Positions 55,079 to 61,307 of a DNA stretch of 61,307 bases are shown here, in pieces. The position numbers and the translations under genes were made by a program. Each line of letters begins with the position of its first letter. Positions within the stretch are counted from its first letter, which is position 1. The notes under the pieces are model-generated. The model did no database searches, was not told where the DNA came from, and saw nothing but the letters and a program-made list of their open reading frames with translations. The DNA is from Thermoplasmata archaeon (lineage in GTDB: Archaea > Thermoplasmatota > Thermoplasmata > Thermoplasmatales > GCA-001856825), in NCBI GenBank assembly GCA_049966795.1, contig JBMFTY010000004.1:1-61307 (forward strand), written 5' to 3'.

Positions 55079-56497
55079 TCAATCATCCTCCTTCTCCTGA
55101 TATATTCCAAGTTCCATCCTTCTCTCCCTCTTCTCTTTATTGAGTGTCTCTACATCAACAAGTGACCTGGTGATCCTGTACTCCCTCTGCGGCATCCAGG
55201 CAATGAATATGGCAGTGAACACAGCGGCAACAACCACCCAAGCTATTGTCACACTTATCTGTCCTTCCAGGTATCCCACAACAAGCGGGAGCAGGAATGA
55301 GCCTCCCCCGGTTCCAAAACCTTCAAAATAGGCGGCTGCAGCCCCCACGAGGAGAACCCCATACCTGTCACCCAGAAGGGCGAATATGGGGCCTGCAATG
55401 AGGAACGGTATTCCAGTTGATACCGTTACGAGGAATATCAGTGAGATCGGAAGCGGATGGAATATTGTTGTCATGACGACCCCAAGCATTGAAGCTGCCG
55501 CACCGCCAAGCCCTATCTTCACAAACATCACCCTCCTTCCCATCCTGTCGCTCATATGCCCGAATATCAGTATCAGGATGCCCTGGGTAACTCCCCATAC
55601 GGTACCGAGAAGGCCTACGGTGGCAATTGGGATTCCCTGAATCACGGGGAGCACCTGCTGCAGGTATATGCCCGAGATGATATTTGCTCCACCTATCACC
55701 ACAAGGCCAGAGAGGATGGAGAGTATCATCCACCTCTGCCTGAAGAGCGCCCTAGCGCTGGAAAGGAAATTCAGTCTCTTGACCGGAGATACATCGCCCC
55801 ATTCGATCAGGGGAAGGCCCACCATCGGGCCGTATGGTTTTGCCATGAGGAAGGTGAGCACCCCCGCGATTATGCCCACTATTCCCACGATTTCGGCCCA
55901 GACCTGCCAGGAGAGAAAGGTTGCAACCTTTATGCCTGCAAGCAGGTCCACAGATATAGCCCAGCTGTATATCGCAACGAATATGCTGATGTATCTTGAC
56001 CTCTTCTCTATGGGGAACCATAACTGGACAGTTTTTACCAGCCCGGACCAGGCAGCTCCGTTGAAAATGCCCTCAACTATGCGGAGGATCATCATCTGCT
56101 CAAAGTTAGTCGCATACCTGAAGAGGAATGTGGATATACCTGCAACTATCAGGCCTACAGTGACTACTCTGTTTGGCCAATAGATGTCATTTAGATGTCC
56201 CCAGAGGAAATTTGTAACGATGAACGCCCCTCCGAAAGCGGATATGAGGATGCCCACATAGAGGACGCTCAAATCATACTGACCAGCGATGAAAGAATCC
56301 ACGGAAGGCAGCCAGTACCAGATGAGGGCGTAAGAGAATGATGCGATTATGCTCCACAGTATGATTACCCTCTGCTGTCTACGTAATGCCCTCCTCTCCC
56401 CATCGCTCAGCTCCGCATGCGCTTTCTTGCCGGCATCTCTGAATGCTTGATTCGGATCGCCGTATTTCAAATGATCACCCCTTTCATTGCTGCTCAA
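55079..56497 (-). CDS. MFS transporter
   Basis: 472 aa, ~12 TM helices. GHMSDRMGRR motif-A-like loop. Its stop directly abuts the trpB2 start. Confidence 0.8.
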   Translation of the reverse strand: MSSNERGDHLKYGDPNQAFRDAGKKAHAELSDGERRALRRQQRVIILWSIIASFSYALIWYWLPSVDSFIAGQYDLSVLYVGILISAFGGAFIVTNFLWGHLNDIYWPNRVVTVGLIVAGISTFLFRYATNFEQMMILRIVEGIFNGAAWSGLVKTVQLWFPIEKRSRYISIFVAIYSWAISVDLLAGIKVATFLSWQVWAEIVGIVGIIAGVLTFLMAKPYGPMVGLPLIEWGDVSPVKRLNFLSSARALFRQRWMILSILSGLVVIGGANIISGIYLQQVLPVIQGIPIATVGLLGTVWGVTQGILILIFGHMSDRMGRRVMFVKIGLGGAAASMLGVVMTTIFHPLPISLIFLVTVSTGIPFLIAGPIFALLGDRYGVLLVGAAAAYFEGFGTGGGSFLLPLVVGYLEGQISVTIAWVVVAAVFTAIFIAWMPQREYRITRSLVDVETLNKEKRERRMELGIYQEKEDD

Positions 56498-56684
56498 CTC
56501 ATAACAGTAATGCTTACTGGTCAGCAGTAACGTCGAATATTTAAGTCTTGCTTCCTTCTAAGAGGTCCAAGCGATGCAGAAAGGCACAACACTGTTCGTG
56601 TTGATACATGAAAATCGCTATGACCAGCCAATGTGATCTAAGTTCCCTCGATGCTTTAACATCCCAGCTAACAAAGAACCGGGC

Positions 56685-57878
56685 CTATTTTCCTGGAGAG
56701 GGCGAAATTGACCCGGTTTCGCTTGAAGCAGCACCTCTAAGGTACCCCGAGAAAATCAGCAACGTTACGGATGCCGCAATAACCACGGGTACAACTATGA
56801 AGAACGGTACAGAAAGGCCGTAGGTCTGACCTATGAAGCCTGCCAAAATCGGAGCTATGGCGGCACCGGCCCATCTCAGGAAGTTGTAGGCAGCAGAAGA
56901 AACAGATCTGGAGAAGGGTGAGACTTCTATGGCTAGCGAAGTGAAGGAAGCGTTAGATATACCGCAGAGCAAGCCGGAAGTTACAACTATGGCGAGCCTG
57001 TAGCCTGGAAATACACCCATCAGGATGAAGAACAGGGCAAACAGAATCAGAACTGTCTCGAGCAGCTCGAATCTGTCGATCCTCCTTATAATCCTTGGGA
57101 GAAGGATTACAGAGGATACAGCAACAAGTACCCCCCAGAGGAAGTAGACCCCGCCCAGCTGAAATGTGGTGAGACCCCTGAGGGTAAGTGGGGTATAGGC
57201 AAGGATTGTGAAAAATCCAAAGTTGTATCCGAGGGCGATTATTGCATTGAGGAAAACGCCCCTGTTCCTCAGGGCCTCGATTATCTCTAGCGGCGTCCTT
57301 CTCTTCTCTGCCTTTGGAGGTTCTTTCACAAAGGCAAAAGTTGCTATGAAACCGATGGCCATCAAGGTTGCGGTTCCGAAGAAAGGATAGCGCCAGTAAT
57401 ATGAACCGAGAAATCCGCCAAGGAGCGGTCCGGAGGCTATGCCCAGACCAAGGGCAGCTTCATATATCGTTATTGCCCTCTCTATCCTCCCAGCCGAACC
57501 GGCAGAAATACCGACAATGATTGAAAGGGCCGTGGACGTGAAGAACGCGTTTCCCAGTCCCCATCCGCCCCTGAAAAATGCAAAGATCCCTATATTAGGG
57601 GAGAGACCGGAGAGTGTTGAAAATATCACAACTATCGCCAGGCCAAGAAGAAGGGTCCTCTTTCCTCCGAAGCGAGTGGAAAAATAGCCTGAAATAAACA
57701 TGGAAAGGGACATAACAGCTATGTAGCTGGTGAAGAGCCACTCTATCTGGAACGGTGTGGCCCCCATGTCCCTACCTATGATGGGAAGAAGGGGATCAAC
57801 CACCCCTATACCCATGAATGCTATGAATGTCGAAAATGCAATTGCAATTAGACCTCTGCCTCCCCTTTCCTGGGGCAT
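56685..57878 (-). CDS. MFS transporter
   Basis: 397 aa, 12 TM helices. GYFSTRFGGKRT motif-A-like loop. Confidence 0.8.
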   Translation of the reverse strand: MPQERGGRGLIAIAFSTFIAFMGIGVVDPLLPIIGRDMGATPFQIEWLFTSYIAVMSLSMFISGYFSTRFGGKRTLLLGLAIVVIFSTLSGLSPNIGIFAFFRGGWGLGNAFFTSTALSIIVGISAGSAGRIERAITIYEAALGLGIASGPLLGGFLGSYYWRYPFFGTATLMAIGFIATFAFVKEPPKAEKRRTPLEIIEALRNRGVFLNAIIALGYNFGFFTILAYTPLTLRGLTTFQLGGVYFLWGVLVAVSSVILLPRIIRRIDRFELLETVLILFALFFILMGVFPGYRLAIVVTSGLLCGISNASFTSLAIEVSPFSRSVSSAAYNFLRWAGAAIAPILAGFIGQTYGLSVPFFIVVPVVIAASVTLLIFSGYLRGAASSETGSISPSPGK

Positions 57879-57902
57879 TCAAGTTGAATTAAAGGAAGGT
57901 AT

Positions 57903-58553
57903 TTAATTTCTATCAGGTAGATTTCCAGCCACGGATGCAAGCTTTTCCAGAGCCAGGGCGCCCTGTGACTTCGGCATCAGGAACCAGATTTCGTGGCCAA
58001 ACCTGTAAATGTAATTTATCTCAATCCTGTACGTCTCAAGTATTGATATTATAAGAACAGTGATTCCAGGTATCTCATTGAATCTCTCCTTCATCCTCAT
58101 CCTCAAAAGCGCAAGTCCTTCCCCGCTTTCATCCTTGTAGAGTACGTCGTATCCATTCTGCGTGCTGAAGGCTATCAAAAACCTGTCGCCATCCTTGAGT
58201 GAATTAACGCTCTTCCTCGTCAATCCATACTCAAGGGATATCTCCAGCTGGGAGAGAGCGTCATACGGCTCCAGGGCTTCCTCGCGCAACCTCATCCTCG
58301 TCAGCGCCTTGACTATGGTATTCAGGGGTATATCGCGTCCAGCAATCCTGTCCACGGATCTCTTGATCTTCTTGCCTAGGGATGAATAATTCACTATGCC
58401 CCTTGCAATCGCCATCCTGTAGATGATGTCCTGGTTTATGAGGCCATTGATTATGGATGAGACCTCGGCCTTTTCCATGATGATGTAATAGTCCATGGGA
58501 TATTTACTTTGTCCTATCATGATATTGTAGTCATAAGTATGACCTATTGTCAC
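57903..58553 (-). CDS. Hypothetical protein, possible HTH N-terminus and ACT-like C-terminal regulatory domain
   Basis: 216-aa ORF, with a possible internal start at MDYYIIMEK. The domain guess rests only on secondary-structure-like patterning. Confidence 0.35.
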   Translation of the reverse strand: MTIGHTYDYNIMIGQSKYPMDYYIIMEKAEVSSIINGLINQDIIYRMAIARGIVNYSSLGKKIKRSVDRIAGRDIPLNTIVKALTRMRLREEALEPYDALSQLEISLEYGLTRKSVNSLKDGDRFLIAFSTQNGYDVLYKDESGEGLALLRMRMKERFNEIPGITVLIISILETYRIEINYIYRFGHEIWFLMPKSQGALALEKLASVAGNLPDRN

Positions 58554-58593
58554 AAATATTTAATAGAGGTCCATAATCATTACATGAAGTCCT

Positions 58594-59988
58594 ATGACAG
58601 AAAATGAAATGGACCTAACGAAGGAGAAATCGTACGTCAGGGACAAAAAAATATTCTGGAAGACTGTTTACGCCCTTCTGAGTCTTGCACTTGTATTCCT
58701 TGTTACGGGCATAGTGATGCAGGCGGTCTTTCACCAAACAAAGGCGCCTCTCTGGCTCGGCCTCATCATTGCGCTCCCCCTCGCGATACCCCTTGAACTG
58801 TGGAACTTTACAGATCCAGACACGCTCTGGAGAGTCATGGCATTTCAGGACAGGTTCCTGATGGTATGTTTTGGTTTTGCAATAGGCGTTGGATCTATAC
58901 TTCTCTACGGGCTTGCCCTTTTCACTCAACCTAATTTCGGCATAAAGGATTTCTTCATCCCTGGAATTGTCGTGGGAGGGCTGATCTTTGGTGCAGGAGT
59001 TGGTCTTGCGGGCTATTTCCCCGGAACAATATGGATCGCGCTCGGTCAGGGAAGGAGGGACGCGATTTACGCTGCCATTGGTGGCCTTCTCGGTGCGTTC
59101 ACCTGGTCTGCGATATTCGGAAGCGTTAGAGGCTTCTTCTGGAATACGCTCAACTTCGGTCCCGTGACATGGGCATCCGTGTTCGGCATAACCACAAAGC
59201 TGGGAATTTTCCTCATAAGCATAGTATTTGGTGTGATACTCATCCTCCTGTTTCTGTTCCTTCCGAGGTACCCCAGGGCTAAGGTCAGGAATTCGTGCGG
59301 TGCGCATTTGCTGGGATACAACAAGAAAACAGTGCAGTTCACGTCAGTGGTAAGGGAAGACCTGGAGAAATACCCGAATTCAAACAAGTATGTGACGAAG
59401 ATAATCAATGAGAGCAGCGTGGAGAATGCAAGGATGACAATACCCTTGGGCATGGCATTCACAATAACTGCGGTAGCAGTCATAATACTGCACCAGATAT
59501 TCGGGGAATCTACAACATATTCCTGGATAGGAGCGCAGCTTTCATTTCTGGTCAATCCAACCTGGGCGGCATCAAATGCATACTTCCAGCTCTTCGGCGG
59601 GATGCATTTAATAAACGGTGTTCCCGTAAACAGGCCGTTCAGCGAGATAGGGTGGGAGCCTTTCACCGATCTTAGTTCATTCCTTGGGGGGCTTATCTCA
59701 GCCGTGCTCATCTCCAGAAGGTTCATGGGATTCAGGGAGCAGGTCCCGAGGATATGGCTTCACTCGCACAATTCGAAACTAAGACCTCTGGGATCGTTCG
59801 TCGGAGCGTTCATGTTGCTCTTCGGCGCGAGGATGGCAAACGGCTGTGCATCAGGTCACATTCTCAGCGGAGACATACAGATGGCAATATCAAGTTTCGT
59901 CTTCATGATATTTGTACTTGCAGGCAGCTGGATCGTGCTGAGTCTTTTCATGCATCTGAAGATAAACTCCTGGGGGTACTCGAGGTAG
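58594..59988 (+). CDS. YeeE/YedE-family sulfur-compound (thiosulfate-type) transporter
   Basis: 464-aa polytopic protein. The second half has the conserved ANGCASGHILSG. The first half has the equivalent loop as LAGYFPGTIW. A ~60-aa hydrophilic insertion separates the halves. Confidence 0.7.
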   Translation: MTENEMDLTKEKSYVRDKKIFWKTVYALLSLALVFLVTGIVMQAVFHQTKAPLWLGLIIALPLAIPLELWNFTDPDTLWRVMAFQDRFLMVCFGFAIGVGSILLYGLALFTQPNFGIKDFFIPGIVVGGLIFGAGVGLAGYFPGTIWIALGQGRRDAIYAAIGGLLGAFTWSAIFGSVRGFFWNTLNFGPVTWASVFGITTKLGIFLISIVFGVILILLFLFLPRYPRAKVRNSCGAHLLGYNKKTVQFTSVVREDLEKYPNSNKYVTKIINESSVENARMTIPLGMAFTITAVAVIILHQIFGESTTYSWIGAQLSFLVNPTWAASNAYFQLFGGMHLINGVPVNRPFSEIGWEPFTDLSSFLGGLISAVLISRRFMGFREQVPRIWLHSHNSKLRPLGSFVGAFMLLFGARMANGCASGHILSGDIQMAISSFVFMIFVLAGSWIVLSLFMHLKINSWGYSR

Positions 59989-60169
59989 AGAGGGAAATGT
60001 CCTTCATGTTTGGAGCGGATTCGGGCGGGATTTCCCGTGCTGCACTCAACAGCATGTTGTGCACCCGTCACACAGGAGATTTGTCTCCTTTTTTCAATAT
60101 TTTTTCCACTGTTTTTGAATGGATGAGCAGCCGCTTCTCTGCGCCTAACGGAAAGGGGAGATTGTTCTC

Positions 60170-60943
60170 ATGATCATTTTACAGTCGATATTCTCAATCA
60201 TTTCAGGCATACTCGTCGGGTTCTCCTTAGGTCTGATAGGTGGTGGAGGATCAATTCTCGCAATACCCCTGCTCATATACTTTGTTGGATATCATCATCC
60301 GCACCTCGCAATAGGGACTACGGCACTCGCCGTGGGCGTAAACGCCTATCTCAATCTCATTCCACATGCTCTGAAGAAGAATGTCAAGTACAGGGAGGGG
60401 ATAGTTTTCACCATACCTGGAATCGCAGGTGTTTTAGCCGGGTCGGAGCTCGGGCTGCTGACACCCGGTAATTTCCTGCTATTCTTCTTCGGCCTCCTGA
60501 TGATAGGGATCGCAGCTTACATGCTACTGCACAAATCAGGCCAGAGTGGCAGCGCGAAGATCGAACTTTCATATAGAAAGCTGATTCCTGTAGGTCTCGC
60601 TGTTGGATTTGCATCTGGATATTTCGGAATAGGAGGCGGATTCCTCATAGTCCCGGGCCTCCTCTTTGGGGGAGGGCTGAACATAACACAGGCCATCGGG
60701 ACATCCCTGATTTCAGTTGGCACCTTTGGCGTAACAACGGCAATTCGGTACGCGCTCAACGGCGAACTCAACATCCTTCTGAGCGTATTGTTCATTCTGG
60801 GTGGGGTGGCGGGAGGATGGGGAGGAGCAAGGATTGCGAACAGGCTACCGAAGAAAATTCTGACGGAAGTATTTGCAGCAATAGTTATAGCAGTTGCCAT
60901 ATACATCATAATAGAGAACTGGTCTGTCGTTACCCACTTCTGA
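60170..60943 (+). CDS. TauE/SafE (TSUP) family sulfite/organosulfur exporter
   Basis: 257 aa, ~8 TM helices. GLIGGGGSILAIPLLIYFVG, with a repeated GIGGGFLIVPGL in the second half. Confidence 0.8.
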   Translation: MIILQSIFSIISGILVGFSLGLIGGGGSILAIPLLIYFVGYHHPHLAIGTTALAVGVNAYLNLIPHALKKNVKYREGIVFTIPGIAGVLAGSELGLLTPGNFLLFFFGLLMIGIAAYMLLHKSGQSGSAKIELSYRKLIPVGLAVGFASGYFGIGGGFLIVPGLLFGGGLNITQAIGTSLISVGTFGVTTAIRYALNGELNILLSVLFILGGVAGGWGGARIANRLPKKILTEVFAAIVIAVAIYIIIENWSVVTHF

Positions 60944-61307
60944 AGACATTTGAGATCCCTGAGATGGAGAAATTGAGACAGCTCATCCCCTAAAAGAGGG
61001 AGCAGAACATCCCGCTGGCAATTTATTGTCCCCTGATGCCCGTAATCCAGCGAATGAGCTCAGGGATGAGATAGACTGAGATGCTTGATTTCTTCCCACA
61101 GCTGAAGCTGCAGCAAGTCAGATAATGCTGCAGCTCATGGAATGGTGATGGGAAATGTACAGAGTAGCTATGGATGTGGGTAAACGAAAAACATACGGAA
61201 TAATTGAAAAGGACGGAGAGATTCTGAAAGAGGGGTATGTACTTACAGGCAGAGAGGACTTCAATAAATTCCTTGAGGGCATAGGTGAAGCAAATGTGAT
61301 AGTGGAA
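60944..61307 (+). mobile_element. Partial IS110-family insertion sequence (left non-coding end plus start of the transposase); the left boundary is not defined
   Basis: A structured 211-nt non-coding leader with short repeats is followed by an ORF with a DEDD-type IS110 transposase N-terminus. The element runs off the window. Confidence 0.6.
61155..61307 (+). CDS. IS110-family (DEDD) transposase, N-terminal fragment
   Basis: My translation is MYRVAMDVGKRKTYGIIEKDGEILKEGYVLTGREDFNKFLEGIGEANVIVE. The hydrophobic-G(M/I)DV(G/S)K start and the following strand pattern are characteristic of DEDD_Tnp_IS110. Confidence 0.7.
   Translation, partial: MYRVAMDVGKRKTYGIIEKDGEILKEGYVLTGREDFNKFLEGIGEANVIVE

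Noticed and set aside
59754-60173. 139-aa ORF bridging yeeE and tauE, considered as a possible TusA/YeeD-like partner
   Set aside because: Its first half overlaps yeeE out of frame. The part in the intergenic gap (MSFMFGADSGG...) lacks the TusA CPxP motif and looks non-coding.
60951-61082. Short TGAGAT direct repeats considered as a possible CRISPR-like or tandem-repeat array
   Set aside because: The units are only 6 nt long and irregularly spaced, with no repeat-spacer periodicity. They are better explained as part of the IS110 non-coding end.

Overview
Densely coded archaeal chromosomal window with about 60 protein genes, no rRNA or tRNA genes and no CRISPR array. Many start/stop overlaps (ATGA, TGATG, TTGA) link genes into tight operons. 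The gene content points to a euryarchaeon, probably Thermoplasmata-like; this is inference from gene content only. The relevant genes are archaeal GlyRS and LeuRS, CDP-archaeol synthase, archease, Nob1, EndA, the Sm-L37e pair, pyruvoyl arginine decarboxylase, XPD, an aCPSF2-type beta-CASP RNase and AglB. Central metabolism is represented by a seven-gene porGDAB-iorAB-panE operon, purF, MTA salvage genes (mtnP, mtaD) and a complete molybdenum-hydroxylase island (coxMSL-like genes plus xdhC, coxG, mocA and a MoeA-like gene). The most unusual feature is a 2,026-aa AglB/STT3 oligosaccharyltransferase. Its catalytic core carries TIAE and WWDYG motifs and is fused to a roughly 1,100-aa extracytoplasmic domain saturated with N-x-S/T sequons and ending in its own C-terminal membrane anchor. 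It is translationally coupled to a second sequon-rich anchored protein. Other notable items: an operon of a saccharopine-dehydrogenase-like enzyme, three tandem SCP2-like small proteins and an APC permease; a degenerate small GTPase directly coupled to tRNA-splicing endonuclease; a 53-codon L37e gene missing from the ORF track, whose coding sequence contains the purF start; a DtxR-family repressor with an upstream palindromic operator candidate and an HX4DXH-motif membrane transporter; an MFS-TrpB2-small protein operon; and a partial IS110-family element at the right edge whose structured, repeat-bearing leader could encode a bridge-type guide RNA. All functional calls come from motif recognition by eye, since no database search was possible.
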